Shown: positions 41,700 to 56,472 of the stretch, in pieces
Layout of the letters: the number at the start of each line of letters is the position of its first letter
Position numbering within the stretch: the first letter of the stretch is position 1
Source: Camelus ferus
Lineage: Eukaryota
Length of the DNA stretch: 64,000 nucleotides
NCBI RefSeq assembly: GCF_009834535.1
Contig: NC_045696.1
Coordinates: 88,042,001 to 88,106,000 of the forward strand
Reading direction: 5' to 3'
Program-made: the position numbers and the translations under genes
Notes under the pieces: generated by a model
Databases searched by the model: none
Told to the model about the DNA's origin: nothing
The model's input: the letters and a program-made list of their open reading frames with translations, nothing else

Positions 41700-42240
41700 C
41701 ACACACAACAAGTAAAATTTAAAACTCTGAAACCTAAAAATTATGCAGGAATATATTCTAACCAAAATATAAGACTCCCATTCCTACACACACACACACA
41801 CACAAACACACATCTACCCTCTAGTAAATTATAAACCTCATTCTAAATCAAATAATAAACTTTTTAAAAAACAAATGACAATGAAAGCACTACATATCAA
41901 AACCTATGAGATGTAGCTCAAATAACACCCAGAAGAAAATAGGTGGACCAAAATGAATTTAATAAAAAGTAAGATAAAAAAATGTACATAGCAGAATTCA
42001 ATTAGAGAAGACAGATTAAAGAAAAATCAAATAAGCATAAATAAAGTAGAAGAATATTAGTTTAAGGAAGACATCATATTTAGTGGTGAAATATTAAGAG
42101 GCCGCATTCAATTCAGAAACATTATTTAACATTATCCTAGAGATTATGGTCATTGCAAAACAAGACAGGAGAAATATGAGGCATAAACACTGAAAAGAAG
42201 ATAAAATCGTTATTATTTGAAGATAGTATGTTTGCCTTAT
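41700..42240 (+). mobile_element. Highly decayed L1M ORF2 fragment
   Basis: AATGACAATGAAAGCACTACATATCAAAACCTATG and TTATTTAACATTATCCTAGAG..TTTGAAGATAGTATG resemble the linker and RT regions. Confidence 0.55.
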
Positions 42241-44129
42241 TACAAATATGAGAGAGATAAAATATTAGCTTTGAGTAGGAAAACATCTCTCCAGCTGACT
42301 CTGTAGGAAAGGAGATAAGAATGTGGCTGCAGAGAGTTGAGACAGGGCACCCAACTGGCCACCATTTCCTCTGAATTAGATGAACATCTCCTAAGTAACA
42401 GGAAGCTGGGGGTTAAGAAGAGACTTGAGAGTTTGTGAAAATCTGGAATAACTACAGAGGGCAATTCTTCATGACCAAATTTTGGAAATCCAGATGAACT
42501 TATACACCATAAATTCAACGATGGAGACATCAAACACTGTAGAGCTGTTTGCATCTCTAGAATACTTGTAGTGAATCTAGAAACTGGTGTTAACACAAAA
42601 ATGTAGTGTCTTTGGGATAACAGAAGTTTTGAGATGAGGGTTGAAAGAAAATGGAAGTGATAGAGAACTATACCAAGTGCCATAATCCTCAATTTGCTTG
42701 GTCAGTATCAATCCATATGACTTTGCCAAATGATCACAAGGAAGCAAAAGGCTTCATAGTTATCTTTTCCCTTTGTTCTTTTATTTCTGCCTAACCTGCA
42801 ATATAGATGAGCTATTGAAAATATACAGAGAATAACACTACTGTTGTAACTGCTGAGTTTGTACAATGGGACTTGGAGACTGGGAACAAAAAGGGTAAAT
42901 CTGCATTCTTTCAGTTCTATATGCATGACTTCAAGTAAATGAAGATTTTTTTTAATCAAAGCATTTCTCCTTTTAAGTATTAAAATGTATAAATAAAATG
43001 TGTAAATAAAATCTTTGTTTCAGACCCTATTTTTTGTATCAGACATACGTTTTTTAAAAAGTGATCTATTATCTCAGATACAGCTTGACTAACCTTTATG
43101 CACCAATGTGTGCGTACACACATACATACACACACACTCCGTCTCATGTGTACATATGAAGAGTACTGATGTGGCTGCTCAGTGCACAATTAAATACACT
43201 CCCTTCTCCATCTCATTAGGCCACTAAAATCATTTAAGCGTGTCTAGTGTATTTCTCTCTCCTTGCAGCATGTTACAATGCAGTCCTCTCTTGGTGAAAA
43301 GTGTGACAATAGTTGCCATCACTTTCTATTACATTTGAAAGTGGTTGGTCTGTGGATGAATTCACCAGAGCAATAATGTCAAAATTCTGATGGAGGATTT
43401 ATGTGCCAAAGCTCTTGCTTCTGTTAACCAAATCTGTGCACATAACTTTCTGAACTCTTAGGAATCTAGACAGCAGGAACTGTTTTAAACCAAGGTTAAT
43501 ACCCATGTACAGGTTGCCAGGAATGTCCCAGGTTGACAAAAGCAGTGGGGACACAATAGGAAGCAGCTTTATTGTAATGCATCTGCAATTCAGTCATCTC
43601 ATGTGGAAGAGTGTGCTGTACATTTGAATGTATAATCTGTGCTGGGAATGCTCAAGCTGTACTGCTAATTCAGTCTCACGCTCTCTGGTAGGAATTTATC
43701 CTGGAGATGAGTATAGTATCTGCTGCTTGGCCATGTAATTGAATGGGATAGAGTCTAATTGTGCAAAAAAAAAATCTGCATTTAGACAGCCACACATATA
43801 TAAAACGCCAAGATGATACCTTACTTTTAGAGACAAGATCATTTTGCATGTGCAGAGAAATGTTTAAATATTAATGTTGCTTGTGGTTCCACATTATGAA
43901 AACCAACTCCTCATCTTGTTTTTAAGGCAACAGGAAGACTGAAGTCAATGCTTGATTTTGTTCAAAAATTGCAAACTGTTAATCACCCTGCTTTTAAGAA
44001 CTCTATAAAGGCTGCAACTGTTAAAACTACTTTTATATCCTATAGCTAATGAGATATAAATTTATGTGATATACTGCATCAAGCTGATTGCTTGGAGATT
44101 TCAGTTCTCTTATTGACTGATTTTACCTA

Positions 44130-47100
44130 TTATGATACAGCCTTGAAAGGAGTCACCACCTTTTGTTGTGGTTATTCATTTTACCTCCTGAGAACAAAGC
44201 TGCAAGCCAGCTATTCTTTTTCCTAGCAGGAGAGTGGTCTTTATGCTATAGATCTAAGTTTCTCTGAAAATGTACAGAGTGACCAAACACAAACTGGCAT
44301 CATTACATGAACTATGTAACCCAATGTCAGCTGAGGTCATCCCTGAGCTCTAGAAAAGGTTAACTAAGATCCCTTTACCTGAGGAAAGACAGAAGTGGAT
44401 TTTATTTTATAATATGCAAGGGCAAGGTGGTCCATTGCATTAGACATTTCAGGAACACAAAATAATGGAGATTTCTTAGCCATCACTGCTTCCCAGGAGC
44501 ATGGGACTCAGGTAAATTTTATGTTTGTCAGTCCCTCTCTTTCATCAAGATGAACATTATTTGCTGCTTAACAACCCAGAGGAAATCATAATCCTTCTGA
44601 GTGGAATCAAACAGGGTCTAAGGAATAGTCCCTGAAGGACTTTTATTGGCATTTTTCCCTTAAAAGAGAAAATCTCTTTGGTTAAGAGGTGATGGCAAAA
44701 GGCAATTGTTTTAGAGTTCTAGAAATTAGGCATCTTAAAAGAGGGATGCCTAAAATGAAAAAGAGATATATTAGTGTAAAATATTGTATTTAAGAATAAA
44801 GATCCAGGAGTTGAACCCTGAACTGAGTAACCAGTCCATTAGATTCTAAGAAGTCGGTGGAGGAAAATCTCTCACTAAGTTATGTGAAACTCTAGAGCTA
44901 GGATTGTGATGCTGTTAGTGACACGCAGTCTTGGTTGCCTCTCATATAAGGGCATGCGTGACCAGAGCATTTCACCCAACTTCCAAAGTGGCCAGGGCAG
45001 TGGCCTGTCAAGGGAGAATTGAAGCCTACGGATGTTCTGCTGAGGCGTTGAGGATTTTATCACGTTATCAGGTTTCAGCTCCAGAGTTTCTTCAGACCCT
45101 GGGGACAAGGGCCAGCTGCCAGGCAACCCAGAGTCCCAGGAGGGATTTAGACAGTTATACTTTTGTTCACAACGATGCTGAGCCAGGTAGGAGGGAAAAA
45201 AATGGAAAATTTTGATGAATTATAGCCAGATTTGAAGGGAATGAAAGAACTGAAAATTTGATAATGATTGACAATTTGAGCAAGGTAACAAGATTCAGTC
45301 CAATTTATAACTAGGTGCCAAAACTGGTTTTTCTAGGGATGGAGACAAAATCAATTAAATCTCTATAAGCTAGACAGAGTTTGCATGCCCATCGTTTGGC
45401 CACAATTTGAAACGGGGCAAAATAGCTCAAAGACAATGAACGAAAGTGTGTGCTACTGAGGACGCATAGTTTTCCACTGAAACACAAAATTTCTCTCTAC
45501 AGTGACCATTCTTAGTATCTAAAATAATCTCCAAGAAAGATTATTCTTAATCACAAAATAAGAATGGCCTTATCATATTTAATCTTATTATTTACATAGG
45601 TAAAGAAAAAATGGTATTTTATCTTACAGGCCTTCCTACACTTGTTTTGCTGGACATTTTCATTTAGAATTTCAGTTTTGGATTTTTAAGAGCCTCTTGA
45701 CCAGGAAGCCAAGCCAAGAACTTTCCACCAGCTCTCACTAGTAGTTCTTATAAATTTGAGAGAATTCTCTTCTGGAGGTTGCCAAAAGACCCAAAATTTC
45801 CTGGGTGGTGTTTGAGGTCTCCAAGAACACTCTCTGGTTTACTAAAAGGATTCACAGAATTCAGAAAACCCACTAAACTCACAATTGTGGTTTATTGCAT
45901 AAAAGGACACAGACTAAAAGCAGCAACGGGAAGAAGTACATAGGGCAGAGTCCAGGAAACACTAGGTGGAAGCTTCCTGTTGTCCTCTCCCAATGGAGTC
46001 CTGTCTATAACACTTACTTCTCCCAGAAATGAGAGGTGTCAACACATAGGAGTATTGCCAACCAAGGAAGGTTACTCAAGCCTGGTGTCTGTGGTCTTTA
46101 TCGAGAGTCAGTCACAGAGGCAGGGTTGACTGCCTGTGTAAATGGCCTTAGTCTCCAGCCCCTTCAGAGGTCAAGCTGATGCCACATGGCCCAAGATCCC
46201 TACCATAAGTCACATTGTCAGCATAGAATATGTGATGTGTCTGTAGGTCTGCAGATAAACAAAGACACTCTGATCAGCCAGGATATTGCAAGAGCTTAGA
46301 GGTTACTGCCCAGGAGCCAGGGCAAGGACCAAATCTTTCTTTAGAATGTGCAGGGTAGAGACAAACCAAATGCTAAATTTACCCTTTACAGCTCACTTGG
46401 CCAACCAGGAATTGACTTCTTACACATCTATAAGTTGGAAGCCTCATAAGCAGGTACTGGGTTAGTTTTTCCCAAGAGGGCTTTGTAAGAATTGGCTCCA
46501 TAGAGTCAAACTGTGTTCTTTAAAAGCAGCTGGTCATATCTGATTAAATGAGCATCATTATCAGATATAATATTCCAGGTAAGAACTTGATTGCATAACC
46601 AATGATTTCAATTATGTCCTCATGATAAGAACAGATTCTTACTGAATCTATATAAATAATTATATTGGCATAAAAATAAGAATATTTGTCAATATTCTTC
46701 AAAAAGAAAAAGATATCTTTGACAAATGTTTCATTTCTGTTTATAAGAGCATAGTCTACTAAGTAGTTAGGCATTATGGATAACTTGAAGAAAAGGGAAT
46801 GGGACTCTTTATATATCCAGAAAATAGAACATTAAAATCTCAACAATAATCCAAACAAAACCCACAATTATCCTTGATCAGTTCAATTAGTCCTATGTAA
46901 TTAATTCTCATTCTGCTTGATCTTGGGTCAGCAGTCTATCAGCTTCTCAGCTAGAATTCTAGAAATCCTTACTCAGCCACTGGTCTTAAAGTTATTTAAA
47001 TGATGCCATCAGAAGCCTGTGCCCAAAAGTACTGTGTATAGTCCTTTTTCATGGGCCTCTAAAGTGGTCCTTTGTTGAAAACAAAGTGCTCTGGACTGTA

Positions 47101-50010
47101 GTTGATTGCAAGTGCTTTCAAGAAAGTATTAAATAAAACAAACAAACAAAAAACTATCTCTAGATGACAATTTAAAATATCTGTGGCTGATATATTTCTG
47201 ATAATTTTCAAAAGAGAAAGATCTGATGAACATTCATTATAAGAATAATGCAATTGACAAAGAAATTTGGTTGTTTCTATGGCATGTAAAACAAGATAAA
47301 ACTCAATCTAAAAAGTTTTAGACAACATTGTGTATAAATATAATCATTATCCCATTTCCAAAGAAGAGTAGATATTGTACATAATTAATAAAAATAGGTA
47401 AACATAATCTTTACAAAGGAAAAATCTTTAGATGTAACATATATTAATCCTGAGACATAATTTACTATGACTATATTAATCATGTAGTTAGAATTTATTA
47501 AGAAACTATCAGGAATATCAAATAAAGAGATTGTCTAAGTCTGGAGTAGTTCCTAAACATCTACACATTAATAAGACTCCTTAAGCAAGTGATCTAAATC
47601 TCCCATTGAAAACTACTGGCATTGGAGATGCTCAATCCAACTAGAAAGTAAATTTAGACCAAGTTAGTGTTTTAAAAAATAACTGAAATTATGATGTGAA
47701 ATAATCTTTTAAGTAACTGAAATTATGTTATGAAAATATGATAACCTTATACTGTTACCGAATATCAGACAAAGCAGCACCAGGACCCTGACAAACAGAA
47801 ACATCTTATGGACACTAAGGGCATTAACAAATCTCTAGGACCTTCCCATCAAGCACATAATTTCTGAAATGTTTGTTTCAATAACACTTAACCCAAACAA
47901 ATATAACCTAGGGACAGTTAAGTATCTCTTCAAATTTGACAATGCTTTCCATGCAGCTCTTCAAATAGTAACATATTTTCCCAAATTAACTATTTCTAAC
48001 ACCATTCTTTTTACAAGGTGAAAGAATAAATGCTTCGTGATTTTCTGGGGCCCTTCTTAGACATACCAGAAACTGTTTCAGGTGAAAAAGATAGGACTCA
48101 GTTTTGGAAAGAAAAAAACCAAAAGTTGTCACGAGATTTGAATACTTCAGATGGGAATTAGATCATTTCAAGTACCTGAAAGACAATACTTTGCAACTCA
48201 TTTCAAAGTAGTAAAAAAATATTTAAAAATAAACATAAAACGTAACATGATTATAGAGAATTTTAATGTGAGAAGTCTTTGTTTTCTTAAATAAGCAAGG
48301 AAGTAATTAAGTCAACATAAACTACAGAAGATTATTCTGGTAAGATGCAGAATCTTTGTAATCTAGATAAACTATACAGAAGGTGAAGAATAACCATTTA
48401 CAACCTATTATTAAGAGCAGATCAATAATCCAAGAAAATTTTGTCATTTTGACAGAGAGAAAATCAAATTCTAGTTTTGCATTAGTATAATTTGATACTA
48501 AAACTATTTTTGAAAATCTTATAAATAAATCCATAAAACATTAGCCAGCTTTGATCTCAACATATAAAGCTCCCTTTCTAGGAAAGTTTTACAACTTCTT
48601 ATACCCATTCAGTATTGTCCCACACTTTTCATTTCTCATTCTGAAACAACCAGTTATGCTACTTTAAGACAGAACTACTCTCTCTTTTCCTTAACAAAAA
48701 CACATCCTGCATGTCTTGCGTACAAAGTTGTTCCTCTTTGTCACTATTGCCACTAGTAGAGTCTCATTCATGTATGTTAATTATAACTTTCAACCACAGT
48801 AGCTTCTGTTTTACAGAGGAAACTAGGAGGTGGATGATGTGAACTGTCTGTCACACACCAGCATCTTGCAACAGAGAAGCCAAGCTCATGAATACGCATC
48901 TCACAACTTCCTACAGCCCTAATAATACAACTTCTTAAAACGGCAAAAGTGAACACATTTGACAGATGCAAACATGTATAGAGCCTCTCCTCACATACAA
49001 AACAGAAGGCAAGAAAACAATATAAACTTTAAATTACACCTGGTAATTAATGTTTCAGTATTCTGTCTTACTTAGAAATCATGTAGATAGCCAATGAATA
49101 TTAATTAACTCAACTTAGTTTAAGTCCAAGGTTTTAAATTACCAAAAATCTTGGAAACTACCTTAAACTCACATACTGCAAAACATAATTTCTATTGAAA
49201 TAAAATTAGAATAATTCAATTTGATTAAGTAAAAATTTACTTTTCCATAATCTTAGACATTAAGTACAACTAATACTAGTTTACTATATCAGTGAACTTA
49301 ACGTAAGTTTAGGAAGAACATACTCAAGTAGAATAAAAGGTGCACTTGTCATATACTTGATGATAAAAACTCAGAGAAGACATATCTGGTTTTAATGAAA
49401 CCAAAATTATTAAAGTAGTCTTGTTTGCTGAAGAGTTACCAAAAACATATAAACTTGAATTGTTAAGACATTGCTTGAGTTAGTTTCTATAAAAACACTT
49501 CTTTTTTCACATTGAAAAATATCTGTTTCAGTTTCTCTAATTTCTCGGAATTTTAGGAATATTCAATTTATATATAAGTACTATTTTATCCCTAGGTCAA
49601 TCAAAATAAAACCTTTTTAAGAAATTTTATAATCCAATTTAGTAATACCATCCAGAGATAGGAAAATACTACACACTCACACAATGAAAGGTAAAGGGCT
49701 TTTCTAAATCACAGACCTAAAAACATACAAATACAAAGAAAGAGAAGGTGTACAACATTAATTCTAAAATTTGGCCATGGGTCAAGCCTAAACGCAGAAA
49801 TACAGATTCACAGAAAAGCTATTCTCTTCCCTGTGGGTACAAATTCTTAATTGATTTGACCTCAAAATAGACTAAGAGACAAACAGAAATGACTAGCAAA
49901 CCAGATTCTCTATTGCCTTTTACCCAATAGAAGTAAGAGCTCTTCAAACCATTTATCTGTTTACAAAGATCACCATTCAAACCATAAAAACAAGAATAGC
50001 TAGCACCAGA
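44130..50010 (-). mobile_element. Decayed class I ERV internal region (MER4-group-like, non-coding)
   Basis: Blocks typical of MER4-group internals (TTGACAAAGAAATTTGGTTGTTTCT, AAAACTATCTCTAGATGACA, AGAAGCCTGTGCCCAAAAGTAC). A PBS-like TGGTGC lies at about 50003-50008 next to the LTR. The left boundary is uncertain. Confidence 0.6.
45805..46392 (-). mobile_element. MER21/MER77-like LTR inserted in the ERV internal region
   Basis: GGTCTCCAAGAACAC..GGATTCACAGAATTCAG..GTCCTCTCCCAATGGAGTC..GTATTGCCAACCAAGGAAG. Confidence 0.7.
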
Positions 50011-50017
50011 AATTAAG

Positions 50018-50416
50018 TGAAAGACAAAAATGCACAGGACAATTAGGACAATTAGTTACGACTATAACTTTTGTAGGTTTACAATTCCTTAAAGGTGTTT
50101 GACCTCCCCTAAGTTGTATTTGTGTGGGATAGGATTTTATTCAGGCTATTGCAATAGGGAGAACATTCATTAATGAGAAACATTCAAAGAAAAGGAAGAG
50201 AGTCTGGGATTTTATAGAGATAGAGATGACTAAAGAGTCATCCAAATATCTTATGGGAGTCATGAGGAAGGATACTAAAGGGCTAACTTTGGAATATGCA
50301 AGGGCAAGTTTTTATTTGGGGGTTAGCTATTTTCTGGAACACAAAAGCCAGGGAGGATTTCTGAACTTTTGCTGCTTTTCAAGAACACAAGGCTCAGGAA
50401 AAGAACAACATTGTGA
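50018..50416 (-). mobile_element. ERV1 LTR (MER89/MER90/MER110-like), probable 5' LTR of the adjacent internal region
   Basis: Reverse strand begins ACAATGTTG..CCTGAGCCTTGTGTTCTTGAAAAGCAGC..AGAAATCC..TTTTGTGTTCC and ends ..TTTGTCTTTCA just before the PBS-like site. Confidence 0.55.
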
Positions 50417-53400
50417 TTGTGTTAAGAGTTGTTACAAAACGTTAAAAAGACAGGAGGCATTCACAGAAGGGTGTAACCCTGGTAGGACAAATATATTTCC
50501 CTTACAGTGTCATGCATTCTGATCATCTCCCTTCCCAAACAAAACTGATCGCATGCCCCTGCTCCTAAATCCTTTGGTCATTCTTCCATGCTGCTCAGTC
50601 ATGCACCTATCCCCTGGCTCCACTTGACTCCATTCTGTTTTCTGCCAACATTCTCTCATGAGAAAAAATAATTTTCCACTTTCTCATGCAGAGAAATTTA
50701 GCTTGCTTTTCCCAGTGCAAACAGCCAACTCAGATCTGAGTCTCCCTCTCCTGAGCAAAGACTTGGTTAAAGCTCCAGAATCACTATTGGCCAGATCCTC
50801 CATAAACTCTTCCACAGCATGACACCCTCCACCTTTGCGCTGGGGAGAACACGAAGGTTTCAATCCTCTACTTACAATTCAAAAATCCCAGAGAGGAAAA
50901 CTATGTAAAACATAGAGTTCCCATCAGTAGTTGGAGTCAGCAAAAGGAATGCTGAATCACAGGAGCCCTTCTACTTGTCCCTTCTATGAATGTATCCCTC
51001 TCTTCCATATCCCGCTAACATACTCAGCATGCCTCGGTAAACTGCATCCCCACACTGTACCCCATACTGTGACCATCTCAAATTCCACCCCTTCAAATGC
51101 ACTGAAGCATGATCTTAGAGAACCATCAGCTGGAAAGGATTCTCACAGACTGCCTCTGTCAAGCATTGTCCAAAGACAACATTGGCAGCAGCCACAAATG
51201 AGATAGAGCAAGTGCAAAAGTTCTCCCCAATGAACATTCACACGAGAGAAGCAACAAACTATCACTCCAACTTCCCTTACTCCTGCCTCCATCCGTAAAC
51301 TAGGCACTCCCTGGTTGCTGCTTATGCTATTCATTCTCATTCTCTCTCTCAATCTCTCAGTATCTCTCTCTCTCTAACAAACATTCGTTCTCCTCTTCTT
51401 CTCTACCAATACTACAATAAACAGAAATGCAGAGATGTAGGACACCCCCTGCCAGGAAGACCTGCCAGTGTTCTATGAAGACCTGGGGCTGGGTGAACTA
51501 CTTAGTCAAAGGATGAGAATGGGAAGCCCAGCCTGGCCTTGAGCCCATGCAGTGTTCCACAGTTTCGGCTTTACTAGTCATGCTGACCCTCTCCTATAGT
51601 TTGAGACCTCAGAGTGGAGAAGGAGTGTGATTATTTCACACACATCCTTAAACCGCAACATTGACCACTTCTAAACCCATTTTTTGCACCAAGCCTTATA
51701 TATTTGTTTTAACGAGCTCCCTACATGAAGCCACCATAACCTGCAAAGATGATCCTCCCCCTCTTCTTTGGTTTGCCATTCAGTAACTAAATTAATAACT
51801 GATGTATTAATTATTGATTTGAAATAAAGTGACAGTGCTTAGAATTTTATTCTAACATTAAGTGTCTTCAAGATAAAAAAAATGACTCATTGCAGAAGAA
51901 ATTACATTGTGTCCCTCTAAATGTTCACTTAATGTTATATACACAGATATTTACTGTAATGAATATTAATAACTTATTAGGCATTACTATGCCAGGCAGT
52001 GTATTAAATATTCTATGTGTAGAAACTAATTTAGTACCTCCTGTGTGGAAAATGTATTACTGTTTTAAAAAACTGGAGTACAGAGAAATTAACTTCCCAA
52101 GGCCACATAGTGAGTGGCACAGCCATGCCTCAGATTCAGGTCTTTTCAACTGCAAAACCTTATATCTCTCCCTTCAACTAAGAATTATTCATCCAGATGG
52201 AATTATATATAGATTCATATATGTGTATATATGAATCTATATATCTTTTTTGCAAGAGTGTTCATTTTTTTCCAGGACCCAAACTTTCACTCTTATTTTG
52301 GAAATGATTGGAAATATTTGGAAGTTGGAACATGGAAGGAAAAAAAGTCAAGTAAAGGAGAAGAAAGAGCTGAAGGGCTTTGCCAGCAAAGGCCTGGAAG
52401 CATCATAGCACCCACATTGTTTGGAGTAAGATCTTAGCCCTGTGCGGAAAAGAGATGGAAGATTGCATAGCTTAGCCTGAAATGATCATGAACAGAATTA
52501 AGAGCATATCTTCCTTAGAGGATTTAGAAAATTCCCAACCAGCTATGCCAAATAAATTAAAGTCTCCAGCCTTATTTTCCATCTTCGATATCTAAATAGT
52601 TGGTCTCTGGCATCATGAAAGGACCCAGGAAATTGAAATTAATACTGAGTCATTCAGAAACAGAACAATTGGATGAAGCAAGACACATCACACACATTAA
52701 AATGCCATTTAATACACATATTTTCTTCAACATAGAAATTCACAAGAAAAGATCTCATTAAAATCATGGAGGAAGGAAATCCTATAAATTTCTAGGAACC
52801 AAAATCAGGTATAGAAAATTGAACCTTCCAGTTCTTACTAATTTAGTCTGTTTAAATTGCCAGTAACACTCATTTCATTTATTGCATTGTCAGATTTATT
52901 TTAATAATTATAGCAAACTTAAGAGTTTTCATATGTTTTCTTGTGATCTTGGTCTCTCTAATCTCTCTTCCCCTCTGGCAATGTAAATTACCCAGTCTTG
53001 AATTTTTCCATACAGGGTTCTGTTTAGGAATCTCAGCTTTACGGTTGGGGAAAGGTTTAATCTCTTTGAAGGCAATATCCCAGTTACAAACATGGAGCTA
53101 AGAGCAATGTATTTTTCTTCCTATGAAGTTGAAACTATAGAGAGAACACATATCCAGCAGATATGCTTATAAAAAGCCAGTTTTAATGTCACCTCCTCTA
53201 AACCCTTAAGCACTTAATCTCTTAAACCCTTTCCACAGGGGAACAAAATGTAAAGTCTCAATCCCAGAAAGTCCTGATCAGAACGTGGCTCACACGGATG
53301 CCAGAGGCAAAATGTAAACATAATACCAGCAGCCTCCCGAGAGAAACAGTGAATCTTCCAATGGGTCCTGCATCAGTAGGAGGAATAGTATCTTTGACAC

Positions 53401-54399
53401 CAGGCTGTCGAAACAAAGGTAGAGTCTTAAAGAGACCAGGGATTCATGGGCCGCGGGTCTGTAATCTACAAATCCCTCCAGTGCTCTACCAAAGCCAACC
53501 GAGGTCTTCTCATCAAACATAACAAATTTACAGCTGTGTGATTATAACATAGAACCTACCAAGGTCAACAATTCTTAAGAGATTATGAAAAGAAGAAATT
53601 TTCATTATAGGTAGCATCTGCCCAGAGGATGGACACTATGAAGAAAGATTTTCCCACAGACCCTGCAATGCAAGGAACATCATAGATGAGAGCCTGTCAG
53701 CCCAGTGCCCTTCCCTCAACCAGTGACTTTCTAATTAAAAATCAAACCCAATTTTAGGGGCTTGCAGATGAATCACAAGCACTTTCATAATTTTGTATAA
53801 AAAGTGTTTGGGCTACTTCCTGATGACCTATTAACTACCAGAACCTTATAAAATGAATTAACTGTTTGATAGAGGATTTTTAGCTTTCAACTTACTAACT
53901 TAAGGATATTAGGTTGTTTTAAGTAATTATTACATAAAATAAATTAGTGCTAAAGTTAATAAGTGTTTCATATATGCTGCTGCCATCAGGTTTCCTGCAA
54001 TTTCTCTGTTATATTTCTCTCTAGTGATTTGTTTTCATCCACTGGAAAGTAATAGTTACAAGGTGAGGGGACCAAAGGTCCCTTTCACATTCCCAAAAGG
54101 GCCATGGCTTTAAAAGTTTGAGAATCATTACCTATGAAGACATCCAGCCATGAATTTCATTCTCTGTGTACACAGAAATGAAATGCCCAACTGGAAACAA
54201 AGAATAATTTTCCCATGAAAACTCTTTTAAACTGGGATAGAATGTGTTGACTGAGATATTCTTTTCACCAACTGAGGGACTTCTCATAATAGTCTCAACT
54301 CAGACCCTAAACCCTAACTTTGCCTCTCTTTGGTTAGAAAATGGTCAGGATGCCTAAGCATGCTCTATCTAGTTCCATGGCTTTGTACACCACCTATGG

Positions 54400-55010
54400 G
54401 CCAAATATTTCTAAACACAGATCTCCAGCCATGGCCTTGCCACTGATCTCCAGATTCTTATATTCAACAGGTTGCTCAATACTTCCCCTTAAACGCTTAA
54501 TATTGTCCTTAAATGTAACATGTTCAAAAGAAAAATATTTGCATGTCCCTCCCCACACACACCCTACAACCAATCTTTCCCTAGTCCTCTTCATTTAGTG
54601 GCTCCTCCCAAACCCTAATGGCAAAAACCTAGTAAGATTCCTAAATTTCAGTCTCGTCCTGGCCCTCCCACATAGTTTGTGGTCTTCCCAGGTGTTACTG
54701 CAATTCTAACTCCAAAAAATAACGCAGATCTATTTGTCCTCTCTCTCCCCACCATTGCCATCCTGCTTCAAGCCACATCCTAGTCTTATGAGGGCTCCCA
54801 CAAGGGCCTCCTAACTGACTTTCCAATGTCCTCTTTTGAGCACTCCCTCTCTCATACCCTTCACATGTGCACATGCATGCACACACACACACAATCTATT
54901 CCTTATATGACAACCAGAAGCATCTTTCTCAAATACAAATAAGACCATGTCACTCTCCTGCTTAATACTCCAATGTATTACACTGCCCTCATAAAAACAA
55001 ATTTCTTATT
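54400..55010 (+). mobile_element. L2 fragment
   Basis: CCTCCTAACTGACTTTCC..CAACCAGAAGCATCTTTCTCAAATACAAATAAGACCATGTCACTCTCCTGCTTAA. Confidence 0.7.
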
Positions 55011-55019
55011 TACAAAATT

Positions 55020-55667
55020 GGACATTGAGTTGATGAGGCTTAGATGAGATTTTGGCCTTGAGCTGAGCTGATACTGTAATGAATTTAGACTTTGGGGAAA
55101 TTGGAATGGCATAAACATACTTGGAAAGTGGAACTAACTTGAATCTTTGAGAGCCAGAGGGCAGACTATATTAGAGAGAATAATGTCCATCCAAAGATTT
55201 TCTGGAACCTGTGAATATGTTACCTTATATGGCAAAAGGGACTCTGCTGTTGATACTAAATTAAGGATCTTGAGATGGCAGGATTATCCTGGATTATCTG
55301 GGCAGCCACAATGTAATCACAAGTATCTTTATAAGGGAAGAGAGGAAGGAGGACAGTCAGAGAAGATGATGTGACAATGGAAGCAGAGATCAGAGAAGGG
55401 CAGGGAGATGTGAAAATACCTTACTGCTGCATCTGAAGACAAAGGAAGGAGCCACTAACCACGGCAGGAAGGTGACTTCTAGAAGCTGGAAGAGGCAAGA
55501 AAACAGATTCTCCTCTAGAGCCTACAGAAGGAATGCAGACCTGCCAACACCTTGATTTTTGCCCAAAGAATCTGATTTTAGACTTCTGATTTTCAGACTA
55601 GAAGAGAATACATTTAAGACATCCAGTTTATGACAATTTGTTGCAGTTACAATAGGAAACTAACACA
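55020..55667 (+). mobile_element. MaLR internal 3' end (55020-55166) plus MLT1C/D-like LTR (55167-55667)
   Basis: GCCAGAGGGCAGAC junction, then GGAACCTGTGAATATGTTACCTTATATGGCAAAAGGGAC..GATTCTCCTCTAGAGCCT..ATAGGAAACTAACACA. Confidence 0.85.
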
Positions 55668-56259
55668 GGCCCTCATAAAGAAAGCTAGTTGATGTGTGTG
55701 GTCTGTGTGAATGTGTAAACAGAATTTACTTTTATACTATATTCTTATAAATTTGGATTTTAGGTGTTTTCTTTATTTAATGTACATTTGTTCTTGTTAA
55801 GTATTTTGTTGGAAAAATGTCTAATGGCCAAAGAGAATAATCATGCTTTCTCAACATTTCTAAAGACAAAACTAGAATGAGCCCACCCATCATGCAAAAA
55901 ATTTTAAAAAATTAAATTATCTCATTTTAGCTTAAGAATTTATATAGTTTTTACTCTATGATAAATTCATGTTTATTTAATTTTAAGAAAACAAGATTTT
56001 AAATTACTTATACCATCAGGAAAAATAACTCCATCTTTCTTGCTAATATATACCCAGCCATGTGTATCAATTCTGGAAAATGGGCTAAATTAATAAAAGG
56101 GGGATCACATATTAGATTAAGCATTTGATATCTTTTCTCCTACCTGATATCACTACATTTTAAAAACCCATATTTATAAATAGGAGAATAAAAATAAAAA
56201 TTTTAGCTGTTCAATGCTAAGTCAATCACAAAGGAGGGAAGTCCAGAATTTGAGGCTGT

Positions 56260-56472
56260 ATGCAGTGGAGTACTTAATATTTAGCAATCACCCTCTAAAA
56301 GGAAAGAGAAAAAACTCCTAACATAGTTTTTGCCAATGTCTATGGTGTAAATATCCCCACCAAGGCTGATTCCAAGCTACCAATGGTATGTCAACCAGCT
56401 TGCAAAAAATTTCTGAAAACTTTACAATTGAATGTTGCAAGCCAAAGACACTAGCTCCAGCTCACCACCAGT
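56260..56472. mobile_element. MER63-like hAT fragment
   Basis: GCCAATGTCTATGGTGTAAATATCCCCACCAAGGCTGATTCCAAGCTACCAA..GCTCCAGCTCACCAC. Confidence 0.65.

Noticed and set aside
42240..42692. 150-aa minus-strand ORF
   Set aside because: No motif or homology recognised, non-ATG start
53290..53522. Opposing 74 and 76 aa ORFs in a mildly CpG-containing patch
   Set aside because: No recognisable protein or exon boundaries
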